The position numbers were made by a program, and so were the translations under genes. A stretch of DNA of 64,000 nt from positions 62,001 to 126,000 of the forward strand of contig MU062032.1 in assembly GCA_013265495.1 (NCBI GenBank), read 5' to 3'. The stretch is from Vicugna vicugna. Lineage: Eukaryota. The notes beneath the pieces are model-generated. The model had not been told where the DNA came from and did not search any database. It saw only the letters and a program-made list of their open reading frames with translations. Shown here piece after piece: positions 14,036-27,974 of the stretch; positions within the stretch are counted from its first letter, which is position 1; each line of letters opens with the position of its first letter.

Positions 14036-14223
14036 GAGATTTTCACATATATATATATCCCAATTAGGTCTTTCCTACCCTGCCTTCATATATCATAAGA
14101 CTGCATTAATAGGGAAAATATTCAGGAAAAAGGAGATAAAATAACCATTCTATGTTGTGCTTATAAGCTCTCACCTGAAGTATATGTGTCAGTTCACAAC
14201 CTTGGGAGCTTCCCAGGTAGATA

Positions 14224-14357
14224 TGAAACTGGATCCCATACATAGACAGTAAGGGAAACCCAAGAAAGAGGCAGACCACTCCAGGTTGGTAGGTGGCAGT
14301 TTCAATAAGAAAGGGAACTTACATACAAGGCTTGTCTTGGGCAGCCACAAGATGAGT
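14224..14357 (-). mobile_element. ERV1-type LTR fragment
   Basis: GGCAGTTTCAATAAGAAAGGGAACTTACATACAAGGCTTGTCTTGGGCAGC resembles a laurasiatherian ERV LTR R/U5 region (antisense). Confidence 0.45.
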
Positions 14358-15841
14358 CTGAAACAACCTCAAGGGCAAATCAACTCCTACTCCAGCATTC
14401 ACAGAGATGCGGACTTGATGGCCCTCAGAAGACTGAGTATGGCCAATGGTGGACATTAAAATTCTGTTCTGTAATTTTTGTCTGCAGCATACTTCTCCTC
14501 CTTTTGGAGATAAGTGCTTTTGCACATTTATGGTCTTAATTATCATCTTTAAATATCTATAATTTTTCAAATATTCCAATCAGTGACATAGACTGCATTG
14601 CAAATAATTTCAACCCATGAGATATAACTCATATGGACCTAGACATGTAAACAGTTTGGTTGAAAGATCTCATAGTATCCCCAAATCCCAAGACCTAAAA
14701 GACTTTGAACCACTAAAGTTTTTTTTCCTTAAAGTTTGTGCTAACTTCCTCTTTTAACCTAAACTGATGTAAGTCATTAGTTATGTCTCAATGCCACTAC
14801 CACATCCCATATGCCTCTGTTGAGAATGAATGTTTTCTTGATTTTTTCCCCCTATTTTGTGACTAAGTCTACTTGCATTAAGAAATGATGTGACCAACAG
14901 TGAGAAGAAGAAAGGGAGCATCTGGCATTATTAGTAGCATAGCGCTTGGAGTTCCTGTAGGTGTTTCAGGTGGTATAGCTAGGAAGCATACTACTGAAGG
15001 GTAGGAGACCATGTACTACTTAAAACAGAGAAAGACAAGTTGTTGAAGGTTTTTAGTGACCATGATAAATGAAAAGCAATGAAACATAAAAATAAAACAA
15101 AAGAATACCACAAAACCTAAAATACCTTAAACATTTGCTTATCAAGTCAGTTTGACATTAGGAAGGGACTATAACTACTGACTGACTTGTTGGTCATGGA
15201 CAAGCTAGAATGTACCAAGCAAAATAGAAAACTGAAGATGAATGGAATATTTAGTAAGTTGTCTACACAAAATTTAAGGAGTATCATGGCACAAAGTTTC
15301 AGAAAACCTATTGGAAAGGGGTTTATATAGATTATGATGGTAGCTGAAAAATTGTATTGGTGGATTTGACAGGATAATATCTGGGAAAAAAAAATCCTGC
15401 ATCATGAGCATGTTTATAATGCTGGTGGACTGATGCTGTGTTTCTACAAAACCCTTAAACATAGCCTATGAGAGAATACCAACAGGATAAGATATAAGAC
15501 GTAAGAGATCCATTTCCCAGAAGGCAACACTGTGGGCACACACCAACTGAAGATGTAGGGGTTGAAAGAGCCAGCATGAGATATTTGGAAGAGGTATGCA
15601 ATTCATCTGTGTGTTATTATGTAGACAAATATTTTCTAGCAGCACAACTTATTGCAAGCAAGCTAGAATGGAAAAAATACCTGTAAAATTTAATTGCTTC
15701 TGGACACAAATCTCTCTTGAACTTTTTGTAAAAAGAAATGTTCTGGCATTAATTTCTCTCAATGAGGCATTCAGCCTTGCAACTAGAGTTTTACTCTGCC
15801 CTACTCCGAACTGATATGATGACAATTATGACAATTGTACG

Positions 15842-16397
15842 TGAGGAAAAAATTTTTTTTCTCTTTACCCATCTTGAATTCATTGGCTGGTGCCCTGTAA
15901 GTTATACTGGCAAAGGATAAATTAATTACAGAAAAACAAAGAGGATTTTATTAACATATGCATCGCTCTTACACATGGGAGCACTCAGCGATGAGTGACT
16001 CAAAGGGGTAGTTAGAACTAGACTTGTAGAACATCTTAATAACAATAATGAAAACAATAAATTTTTAGAGAATTGATATGATGACTAAGGTTTGGAGTTT
16101 CTAAGGTGGCAAACTGTGGGAAGGTAACTATATAGATGAACTAATTGAAGATATGGGCTGGTGACTGAAGTTTGCTAGGTAGACTCCTTTGGTGTCATCT
16201 CTGGGCTGAAAGGGTAGCTTCTGTCCTTCCTGGTAGAGAGGGAAGGGAGGACACCTTTACAAACTTATGTCCTGCTTTTAGGAAAATAGAGGGCAAAGAG
16301 CTTTCTTGTATCTGTTTCTCCTCAATAGCCTTCAGTTCAAAATAATCCTTATGACAAAATGGCATTTTTGGGGGTGGCATAATTCTACTACCCTTCA
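15842..16397 (-). mobile_element. ERV1 solo LTR (MER34/MER39-like)
   Basis: The minus strand starts TGAAGGGTAGTAGAATTATGCCACCCCCAAAAATGCCATTTTGTCATAAGGATTATTTTGAACTGAAGGC and ends TTCCTCA (TG...CA, 556 bp). Confidence 0.75.
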
Positions 16398-16814
16398 CAC
16401 TGATGTAGTCCTTTTCTTTAAGATTTTCATCCAAACATTGTAAACATTTATGGAGTGTATAGCACAAGTCTAGTCAGTTTGATTCTATGTTTGAAACTTC
16501 AAAAAAAATTATAAATGAAAAGCTTATCATCTCTATCTTTCTATTTCATTTATCAGTTTACTTCTATATATATAAACTAATATGATATTTGTAGTTTTTA
16601 ATCTGACTTGTAGTGATTATTCCTATATTTGATTGAAGACATTTTAATGTCATTGATTATAGGGTACTGCTCCAGGCCCTGCTGGATTTTTTTTTTTTTG
16701 AGTACACAGTATATGCATATACTGTTTTTATAAAATCTTTAAAAAAAAAGAAGAGGAATTTTGAAATACTTCTGGCCTGGCAGTTTTCAGATTTATCTAT
16801 ACAATATATATTTA

Positions 16815-16955
16815 TCTATACAATTATTTATTTGTTGTCTCTCCACTAGATTATAAGTTCCACAAAAACAGCAACTATATATATTTGTTTTCATTTTATT
16901 ATAGGCACATTTCTACATGCCTGGTAGAGGATAAATGTCTATTTAAGAATAAATT
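16815..16955 (+). mobile_element. L2 3' end fragment
   Basis: GTCTCTCCACTAGATTATAAGTTCCAC...ATGCCTGGTAGAGG...AATAAATT. Confidence 0.5.
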
Positions 16956-17589
16956 AAAATCGGATGTTACTCTTCAAGTTTTTCCTCTCCTCTCCTAAGG
17001 TGTAATTCCTCTTTACCCTGTTCTTCTGCACCTAGCTTGAAGGCCATTCACACTCTGAAGGTGATTATCGATTTGCACCCTCTCACATATCTGATGTCCC
17101 GAGATCCTTTCCCCAAAGCATCAGGAGCATCCCTCTCTTCCTTCTTTGTCATCCTGCTGAGAATGTGGATTTTAAAGCCTTGTTTTCTTTTCTCTTTGAA
17201 CGCTTTGTGCACCAAGTCTCAGATCATTTCCAGTGTTCATCTTTGTAAATAATTCATAGGTTAATGCCAATTTTTGTGTGTGTTCTTGGTTTTGTGTCCC
17301 TCTTCCAAGTTATTCACGTGTCAGTATACAACTTAAACTAATCATACAGTCCTCTAAGCAACTGCAGGATTTCTCTGAATGCTTCTTTTCTCTCATGGAT
17401 CATTTGCAATTGTATAGTCCCAATGCCATTTTCTAGAATCTTTTCTATCAGCCACATTCTTTCCCAAATCTCTTATCATGGTGCCATACTAATTATTTCT
17501 TTCAACTACTTGAAATATTATGTGACTAACCTGAAGGGAAAGTAGAATGAATTGAGCTATTAGTATTTAGTAAGTATTATCTAGCTTTT

Positions 17590-17680
17590 GCCAATAGTAT
17601 CTCATTTAATCCTTACAAGTGACCTTAAAGATTGGCATTCTTATTTTATTGATGAAGAAACTGAGAGAGATTAAGACGTA
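17590..17680 (-). mobile_element. MIR SINE fragment
   Basis: ATCTCATTTAATCCTTACAA...GATGAAGAAACTGAG. Confidence 0.55.
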
Positions 17681-19916
17681 TACTTTCACTCTGTCACACC
17701 ATTTACATGTCTAACCACATCTAGCATTATCTTTGCTCCTTATCACCAATTCCTAGTCAACCTTGTCACTCCTACTCAAGTTCCTGTAACTTTGAATTAA
17801 AACCTGCTTTATTTTGCTTGTTAAACAAAATGATATCCCAGATAATGTTTTCTGGCATTATTTCTTTTCTCTTTTGTGAGACTGCAACTGCCAAAAAGTT
17901 ACAAAGTTTATATTTTTTTGTTTATTTTTCCAGTTGACTTGAAACTCCTTGCCTCTGGTCAAGTTTTGGAAACTAAATTTAGAATTTAAAAAAGGGAAGT
18001 GAAGTTAGAAAACTCATTTGTTGAGTGTCTACTAGGGCAAAAGTTATGCTAAGTCTTAATTTTTATTAATTTCTTTATTTTTTTAGAAAACATAAGGTAT
18101 TATTATATTCAACTGATTGTTCTTTTTCCTTTTCCTTCCACTTAATTGAATTAGAATTATTCTTTCCAATAAGCATAATTAGTCAAATCTTCTTCCCAGA
18201 CGTACCCCAAGTTCCTCCTCATACACACTCAACAAGGCTACATGAGGGAAAGAGGTATCTTTTCCCCCATGTACTGAAGTGATTTAGAATTTCCAAGACG
18301 TGGCTTGGAGAATAAAGGATTCTTGCTACAGATTATTTAGAATATTGAAGGTGATTTTTCAGGAAAACAGTGAGGTTTTCCCTTGACTCCTAATAGACAT
18401 ACATATAGTGAAAATGTAGTATTGTATTGGTAGGACGCTATATTGAGAGGAGACTCAGGAATTTATTGCCATTTAGGTAGTAATAATAACATTTTTGTGA
18501 AATCCTCTCTGTCATCTCTGGTATGGGACATTACCTACTTTGGAGGCATGGAAAGTAACAGCAGGCAAAAAGGAAAAAAACTTCTTAGTTCTGTTGGCCA
18601 AATGGCCTGTAGCCATGGCTGCAGAAGTATCGGGTCCTGATATTCTTAATAATATCCCTCTAACCAAAACTGTGTCATTAGAAGAGGCAATATATTTCCA
18701 TTGTCCCTTTATGGGCATGAATCTCATTGTCACTAAGTTTAAAAGGATATTTGATAAAATTTGCTTTCTCATTTAAAATTTTAAGGTGGTTTTGCTATCT
18801 AGTCATGGATTGTCGTATATTCAAAGACAATAAAAAAATCTGTTTTTCCTATTAAATTTCTTAATAGAGTTACTGAGAGTATATGGGAAAAACTCTGCTA
18901 TGCTAGTATATTCCGTCACATATGTTGTCCTCCACTGTAATGTTTCAGATTTATTTATTAATGTAATGCATTTTTCCATATACCAATCAATTCCACTTAA
19001 AGTCTTTGATCAACTGGGCAACTTACTTGGCAACCACATATTCCCCAGTCCTCCTCCTGTGCCTTTTCTCATATCTGAGAAATAAATTCACTTTTAGAAA
19101 GACAGAGCTCTAATGAGCCCTTAGGAATCTTTGTTCAAAGATGTTCAGTCCACCAGGGATCAGCTAAGAAGGTGTCTGAAATGTGAATTACTTACTGATT
19201 AGAAGCCAACATTAGGAATTTTTTTTCTATTTCTTGAGGTCACCAATCAAATTCAAATCATGTTTTAAATTCCACCCAACACCAAAGCCCTTTTCTTAGA
19301 CAAAGCCTTTTTTTTTCTGAGAAGAATATTTGAAAATCATGGATTCATGTCTTTCAAACTTTGTGGTGGATGAAAAATAATGCTTTAAAGAACTTTGATC
19401 CTTTGCAAACAGTACACCATTAGATGGTTTAAATAGTGTACTTGCCAACTCCCCAGGTCTAAAATGTGTTTTATAGACAATGTGACTATTATTAATGGTA
19501 GTTGAATTATTAGAAATTAAAAGGTTTCTAAGCATTTTATAAATAAAAATTTTTAAAGCATTTTAAGGAGTTTGAAAGCATTTTAAAAATGTAAAGAATA
19601 CAAAAGAGTAGTGAGCTAACCTCTTTAGTTCTTCCTCTCATTAAACTGTAGAAAAATTTTAGCTTTTAATTAACTGGCAAAAATATGGGAAAATCCATAA
19701 CCATATATACAGCGAGGTTCTTTCTCGTTAGAAAGCAACATCAGCTGAGATGCTATTTAGATCAGCAGGAGCTTAGTGTGACTGAGGGGTCGATATTCGG
19801 GGGTGGCACAATGAACAGAGCAATTACTTTTTGTGTTTGTGAGGATACATCACCAAATCTGTATCCTGACTTGTCCTCCACTCCTTAGGGGAGAATACAT
19901 CTTAGGAAATCTTCAA

Positions 19917-20273
19917 TGTTATAAGAACGAAAGGAAGGAAATGTTTAATTAAACAAGGAGGCTATTTGACCGATGTGGCTTTAATGCCCTGGCAGCCTTC
20001 GTAAGCAACGCTAAATCTAAAGTTATAAATGCCTCAGGTTTTAAGAAACCGAGACCAATAAGGACAACCAATCACAAAGAGCCAACCTGGGTTTAAGCTA
20101 CAGCCAAGCAAGAATTTCCTTACTTTGCTTCTGCCGTTTCTCTGTGGAGAGCCTCCCCCTGAGCTATAGGTGGTTACTTCCTAACCATTACTCATTTGGC
20201 ATTGCCCAATTCAAACTGATTTTTAATCAAACAAACTTAAAATTTTTAATATGCCTCCATTTATCTTTTAACA
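19917..20273 (+). mobile_element. ERV1 solo LTR (MER57-like)
   Basis: TGTTA...TAACA termini, CCAAT boxes near 19995-20013, and a U5 end TTTAATATGCCTCCATTTATCTTTTAACA. Confidence 0.7.
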
Positions 20274-20350
20274 GAAGTTAGGGAGGAAGGAAGGTGGAAA
20301 AGAAGGAAAAGAGCCCAAGGGAGAAAGGGAGTGGGGAGGAGGGGAGGGAA
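20274..20350. repeat. Purine-rich GA tract
   Basis: Almost entirely G/A for about 75 bp. Confidence 0.85.
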
Positions 20351-21478
20351 AGAATCATTAAAGAATAACAAAAACCCTAATTTGCACCTTTATCTGCATC
20401 TCCTAGTAGCAAAGGACTGTTACCTGTGTCATTAACATATGGGTCTCCATTATTCAGTCAGTTTCATCTTCATGTTAATGGCCATTATTTAAAGTTTCAG
20501 GGAACTCAGAGAGTTTGGTGTCATCTGAGGCTAGGTAGAAATGTCTTAAATAGACTAGTTTGTAAAGCTACTGCAGTTTAAACTAATACCACTGGTTGGT
20601 TCATCTTATGCAAAAGGAGATACAGATCTCCCTGAAACCTTCTATTTTTCTTTCCTCCTTCTGCTTAGGGAACTGAATAGAAACTTTAAAGTTTAAATTA
20701 AAAGAATCTTCTTTCATTCAATTTGGAGGTGGGAAATTGGAGATTGCTTAGTCTAGAGAACTTTCAAAGGCTTGATACCTAAATGTATTCACTGGGTGAA
20801 TTTTTCCTGATGATGAGACATCATTTGAATACACTGAAGCCTCATCATTTACCAGGTTGGTAATAATTCTGATACAAAAATAGGCCTCCGTAGGAATGCG
20901 GCTTGAACCAATAACAAGCAACAGGGCTTCCTTTGTGATAAATTGACACTAAAGCCCAATCCTGAAAATCTCTTATATTATTTAGAGGAGCAGTGATCAA
21001 AGACAGAAGAGAAGAAAGAGCTGGCAGCCTAGTATATTCTCCACTGATGCTGAGATAGTGGCAGTAATAGGGAATGCAGTTACTACCAGGGAGAGCTGGA
21101 GAGCAGCTTTAAACCTCACATTCATATATCTTCTGGAAAAGTCAGAGGCAGGAGTGAAAAATAGTCAGCACAGTGTCTTCGGAAAGTTCTTTAAAACTGG
21201 CCATCAAATTGCTGCTCCCCAACAGGACTGAGGTGAAGTACAAACTTATGTAGATCAAAACAAAAGAACTGGAAAGTCACTGGAATGCTGATGGGAATGA
21301 TAAAAAAAAAAGCTATGGGTTTGCTAATGAGGGTGGTTTCAATCCAGGGAGAATTTAGTCATTCCCTTTTCCAGTTTATACAACATTTTGTCATTAGGCT
21401 AAAATTCTTAAAATCTGGTTTTCTCCACATCATTTTTTGCTTAAAACTCCCCATGTGTCCCCATTGCTTATAGGATCC

Positions 21479-22024
21479 TGACAGAAATGGGCACACCCCT
21501 CTCCTGTGTGACCATTTCTGTCCCCCTCTAACCTTAAAAGAACCTATTTATAGAAATGAGACCAGTAAGCAATTTGAAACTAACTCCTGACATGCTCTCT
21601 TCAATGAGCACCATGCCTTGTTTAACCAGTCAATTCTTTTCCTAGGTAAACAGAAGTAAGAATGAAGAATTAGGCAGTTAAAGAATGACTAGCTCTCTAC
21701 CCTCAAAAGCCCCCTAAGCAATCCCGCCAGCAGATCATGGGGTAAGGCAACATCTGAAGAAAGGCAGCCAATCTGCACACAATGGAGAATGATGCAGAAT
21801 CCAACCTCGCGCCTCAATGATTCACAGGGATTCCTCCCCGCCATTTTTCCTTTTAAAAACTGTCAGGGCTGAGCAAAATCTTCAGAGTTGGTCTCTGGAC
21901 AGGAGACCACCATCTCCCCAGATTGCCAGCTTTTCTGATTAAGGCACCTTTCCTTTCTACTGACACTTGTCTCTCAAATTATTAGCTTTTGAGCAGCAAG
22001 TAGCTGAAGCTAAGTTTGGTAACA
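21479..22024 (+). mobile_element. ERV1 solo LTR (5' boundary uncertain)
   Basis: Ends TTTTGAGCAGCAAGTAGCTGAAGCTAAGTTTGGTAACA, resembling a MER4-group/MER34-type U5 end. Confidence 0.65.
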
Positions 22025-23169
22025 CTGTGCAGCTGAACAGCTCTAGCAAATTGTTGGACACATTAAAAACTGATGACCAACCAAATTTAAATCTCACGAT
22101 ATAAAAAGTTTATTGACAACTATCTATACTATAGCTTCCTAAGAATTCAAACAGTTATAGCTAGCATAACATATCATTACAGGAGATCTTAATCACTACC
22201 AATAAAATAGTAATTCATTTATATATGCATTTTTCATTACAAAAACATTTTCTTTGCAGATAAGAGTTCAATGAGTCAACCCTCCATACATATATACGGC
22301 AGTGCCTACAACTAAAGCAAATATTTCCAGTTTATTCTCCCATATATATTGTTGCTTGATTATTTGCATTAACCAGATCTATTCCATAACTTTTACAGTG
22401 CTGTTTCACTCTTCCTCTTTTTTCTTTTTTTCAATATTCTCTACTAATTTTCACATCAAAGTTAGTTTCCATTTGTTTTTACAATCTATGTGACCATATT
22501 CTAATATTTTGCTTCATATGTTTTCTCAGCAATCTTACAAAGGTTTCATTCATGTTTATGCTTCTTAAAACTTTTAAGCATTCAAATAAATCAAAGTTCA
22601 GCAATGTATGCAATTTTTATAAATGATATTAAGTTAAATTTATAAACATATAATAACATAAGGTGAGAAAGTCCTACATCATAAATTGAAACATAATTTG
22701 TTTAGACTGCACTGTACCATTTTTGTGCTTATATCATAACATATAATAATTAAGCTTTTATTAAAATAATGAGCAGAGGAACATACAAATACATGTATAA
22801 GTTTATAGAACTTTATCTATCTATGGGCAGATCATGTGTATTTTTCTCTTCTTCTTTCCTTCCTTTATTCCTTACTTCTTTCCCTCCTTCCATTTTGTCA
22901 ACTGCACAGGAAGTGGAAATTTACAATGATTCATGACTTGTAATTTAAGTCCTTAAACAATCTAGTTCAGATATATCTTTCCAACTTAATTAGCTACTTT
23001 TCTATATAAGCCTTTGACTTTAACTTGAGTGTATTACCCTATCACAACAGGGCACTCTTCCTATTTTTCCACCTTGCTTATATTGTTTCTCCCATAACAG
23101 TACCTAACCTCTGCTCACTCTCTCCATACTCTATCTTGGTCATGTCTGTCATGTTCTAGTCTCATATAT

Positions 23170-23410
23170 GCCGTCTTTGATTTCCTCGAACCATGACATC
23201 CCACCCATCTTACACTTAATCAGAATCACCTGCATGTCCTTTGGTGGCTTGCTTTGTCACACAACTATCCATGGCCTTACCTCCTGCCTCCTCAGCTATA
23301 TTTTAAATCCCAGGAGAACAAAAACATGGGCATCTCATTTCATAGCACCTAGTGATAATTTGACAGCTTCTGGGGAGTAGCTGTTGTAGGTATAAATGAA
23401 TGATAGAATG
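23170..23410 (+). mobile_element. L2 3' fragment
   Basis: ...CATAGCACCTAG...TAAATGAATGATAGAATG tail. Confidence 0.45.
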
Positions 23411-26345
23411 GAAATAATTCTGCCAGTTTGTCTAGGAGACAATCAGAGTTTTTAGATTTATTTGATTTTTATGTTGTAGTTTGTTTGTTTGTTTCATGGA
23501 GTAAGGGAAGAGGAAGAAAAGGCAGAAGACTACTGCCTCTGACATCATAAGAATGTTCTAGACCTTTGTTGGAGGTACTATTCAGCCTTACAGCTGAAAT
23601 ACTTGTCAACATGGCTATAGTAATTATACCACTGTTCTGGATTTCATTTTCTTATACTGAAAGCTGAATGGGAGCACAGTCCTCCTAGAACAGGTAGCAG
23701 GATAAGCCAGGTGACGAGTATTATTTTCCAAAGAGGAAGGAGAGAGGATGGATGTAGAAGGCCAAAAAAGATTAACTTGACAATTTGGGTTTCTTTATGT
23801 AAGGCACCAAGCCACTTTCCTACACAAATCTGAGAATGCTCAAGTGATTTCTTTACATCTCTAGTCAACTTGAGCTCCCTTACTGAGTCTGAATACCTCC
23901 CATTATCTGCTGTGAATATAGAGTTACCTTCTCAGCAATACATGTAGACCCTTCAGGGTTATAGCCCTGAGGATATAGAAGAGATTGTGGCACCCTTGGG
24001 AATTCGGAAAAAGAACCTTCTGAAGCAACTGCTCTTTTAGTAGAGAAACCAACTTAAAAGGTGACTGGCTAAAGGCAGCCCTGATAATGGATTTTTTTCT
24101 TCAGTCAAGGTAGTGCTAATAGTAGGAAGGTCTTGATTGCTTTGTTTCGCTTTGTTTTAAAAATTAGTATTTTGGGCACCATGGATATTGGAAAAGTGGT
24201 TGAGGGAGCTCAGCCACAGCTGTGGGGTCAGCTGAAAAGGGAGGAAGGAACTGCAACTCATTGTAGACAGTTTCCCCTGGGGTCCCTGTTTTGTTGGCTT
24301 TGAATGAGGCAGAACATTGTTTTCCAAAAATACTCCTATTTTCATTATGATCATCATTGTCATTATCATCATTATTGCTATTCTCCCAATCACCCATCAG
24401 AGCAAACTTTCACATATTGACAGTGCCTGAATATAAGCGCTTTAGTTACTTTCTCAAAACAAGAGTCTGCAGGGTCACCCAGTTTTTGTTGCTTCATAGG
24501 CAGGGGCCCTCCAATTACAGACAAATGTTCTGAAATTACCTTTGTGTTCCATTCACAAACCACATAGATGTATTTTTCTCATTAAGTGCAATTCCATGAT
24601 GAGAGAAAAGTAAAGTGGCACATATATATTAGCCCATAGAAGGTAAAGCTATACTTAGAATGTCCTAATTCACCAGACAAAGAATAGGATAAAGTTGTCA
24701 AAAGTTGAGATATTATGGGAGTTCCACTGAAGGCTGAGGTATTTCTGTATACCCCAAAGTTTCAAATCAGGTGTTTATTGCCTAAAATATGTCTCAGAAA
24801 ATTAATGAGGTAGGTTATTACCCACAATGTCTGCGGTTTTTTCCATTACCAGCTATAAAAGCAGGTAGCAATCTCACTGTACCTTGAAGGCATCATTCAT
24901 TATAAATTATTTGCTTCCAATCATGAGTGGAATACAGTGAAAGGAAAGTACCAAAGAAGGTCTTCACTCTGCTTTCTTAGGACACAAAAATAGGATCACT
25001 GAGCATCCATGTTACATTTTGAATTCAAATGATTGGTTGGTAACTGGATCCTTGCTATTATCTGAAACCAGACTGGTTTCTTTCCTTTTTTTTTTTTTTA
25101 AACTAATAAAAGCTTGAGGCATATTCTCTTATCTAGAACAGTAACTCATTACTGAGAAGTATTTTCATTTGTATCTTCTCTCAGTCCTACTTTTGTTCCA
25201 ACCAACTGCTGGTGAAGATAAAAGGTAGGGGTGGAGATAAAGTGTTCCTTGTGGTTAACTCTGCTCCTGACCTATCAGAGAGAACCAAGAGGTAGATTTC
25301 TGCTCCTTACTACCATGTTTGGTCATAGATCCAGATTGCTCTTGGAGGACAACAAAAAAATCACTCTCTGTTGATGACTGTCTGTGATCATGCAGAAGCC
25401 TTCAAGATATCCAATCTGTAACCATGAGTAAAAACCGCAGTGGCCAATCATGCAGACACTTCAAATTAGATTCAAATATATTTGTATACACAGATGAACT
25501 TCATATATGATTGCCAAATTTCTCCCTTATCTTTGCTATTTAAATCCAGACTTAAACTTTCATATCACACTTGATTAAAGTACACGATTGTTCCACATAA
25601 GACTCCGAGGTGAAATAGGCAAGACTCTGAGACTAACAGTCAGTCCTACTGAGATAACAAAGAAGGTGGTAAAAATCATGGACCACGGAAGTTCCTTGGG
25701 ATTCTGCTTGTGATGTGTTGTGAAATACTAATAGTTTGATATGTTTAAATTGGGGGGAAGAGATAATTACTCAAAGAGCTTGCCAAAATTAAGCGTAGGA
25801 CTAATCAAGGCTAGCCTGACTGCTGTAGTTTCCTCTTCCATTGAATATAACGCCCGCAGGCAGTAGGGGTGCCTGATGGATGTTCTCCTTAGGAAGTGTG
25901 TGGTCATGTCTGATAAGCGCAGGCAGCACAACATCATTTATTCTTATCAAAGCTCCCCAGGCAGGAAAAATTAAGAGATAGAGATTACCATTTAATCTGA
26001 AAGAACTGGGATCTTTATTCAGCAGTACTTATAATTTATGTACTTGAATATTTTGCTATACTTAAAACCTTGAAATTTCCAAGTATAAAAATTGCTGCTA
26101 GTTTTCTTAGAGTACCAATGGTAGTAACAACTTACCTTTACATAGACTTCCACTTTGGAGCTGGATTCTTTATCTTAACGACTAAAATACATTGTATCTC
26201 TGTAGCAATAGTGATTTGTTAAGGGATAAAATATTGTAATGAACAGAAATGCATTCTAGTGTCTGTTTTTGGTTCATTCACTCATTCAACAAGTTACCGT
26301 CATCTTTGCACCATACATTCTGCCAGAATTTGAGGTTACACAGCT

Positions 26346-26746
26346 TATCTTAGCTTAAGGTAGTTTTCACTCTACTAAAAATGAACCACCAAAAACTTAG
26401 ATGCCTTTAATGACAAAGACTAATTTGTTGCTTATATATCTCTTGAAGGATGGCTTTGACTCTGCTCTACGTCAATCTTCATTTTGCAATATAGGGTGAA
26501 GGAGCAACCCCTGTCTGCTCATGCTGGTCTCATTGTAGTGGGAAAATAGCAATGGTAGAATCACATGGTGGTTTTTAAAATTTCTGCCTGGAAGTGGCAT
26601 ATGTTACATTAACTCACATTTCATTGGCCAAATTAGGTCACATCTAGAAACCAATTGTCAATGAGGTGGAAAAAATAATCCTTCTGTCAAGAGGTCTTGG
26701 AAGTGAGGGGCAGTGAATATTTCTGACAATAATGCAATTTACAACA
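26346..26746 (-). mobile_element. MaLR LTR (MLT1J/K/L-like)
   Basis: CTGCCTGGAAGTGGCATATGTTACATTAACTCACATTTCATTGGCCAAA is a typical antisense MLT1 block. Confidence 0.7.
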
Positions 26747-27974
26747 CTGCCTAAGGGAACTTACAGTCTAGATGGAAAGCTGAAAGTTATGACACAGAAG
26801 TGCTACAGGGCATGCAACAAGCAGAGTTCTGTATCAGCATCTATTAGGGTTCTTCAACTTGCTCCCTATTAAACGTTGCAAATATGTACTCTTTTGGTAA
26901 ATGTTTCTGTTTTCCTTATACTAAGTTAAGGCAGATATTTGCCAAAAGAAAACCAGCATAAGCCAGGCTTCATGGTAAAAATAAAGCATTTGGAAATGTA
27001 GATCAGATATATAGTGATTTCTCTATATGAGGCCACATTGACTGAATGTCCAATTCAATTGACCGTGTAGATATTGACCATCACAATCACAGGAGGAAAA
27101 AACTCTAATTTAATGGAAAAATGACTGATTCAATAGTCACATATCAATACAGTCTCTTGATCATCCAATAACTTTAGATCTCCTTAAAAACCAAATGACA
27201 AGGGCAAAGAAGTGGAAACATATTAAAATTCTCATGACATCCCTTGCTGACCTTCATTAGGCCAGTGTTGGTTTGCTTTTGGCTCAGGTCTTTGTACTAG
27301 TTCATCCAACTCCAGATGAATGCACATCACACATTCCAGCCTAAACCTCATCTCAGAATTTTCATCTAATTTCATTTAATATGAAATGCCTCTAACATCT
27401 AATAAAATTTGATAATATTCAGTTGCCCAAAGGGGCTGATTGTTAACTTGTCTGAAAACTTGTGATTCAGTTTAGTCATCCTTAGAATTTATAGTCAGTA
27501 AGTGTATCCATATAAATAATTCAACTACTAAGGAAAGACAGAATCTGTGAAAATGGTGGAATTTGCAAAACTTTCATTATCATGTTTAACATCTGATGAG
27601 CTTTTAAAACTGAATACAAAGATCCATTGCTTAATGAAGGCTATTTTTTAAAATAAGTATAATATAGTTCTTAATGTTGCTTGAAACTTGCAAGTAAAAT
27701 TCTTCTAGGAGAGAAAATTAAATGACCATTTTGATAAACTAATTAAATAGATTTAAAAAGTAGTAGGTATCTAGGGTGACCCTCTGTTGTTACTGAAGGA
27801 ACAGTGAGTGACTCAAAGACAGAGGACATGAACTACACCCAGTTCTTCCTTCAGTGAAATGTGCTATCAGAGCAGTAACTTGCTGTGCTTAGATATTCTG
27901 AATTTTGAAACTGAGTGATCTGGATCAAGTGCTGGTAAATTTGCTAGAAATCATATTCCTTTCTTTCTTCTTTT

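Noticed and set aside
24157-24397. Asn/Asp-rich and Met/Ile-rich ORFs
   Set aside because: Produced by a degenerate (ATC/ATT)n low-complexity stretch.
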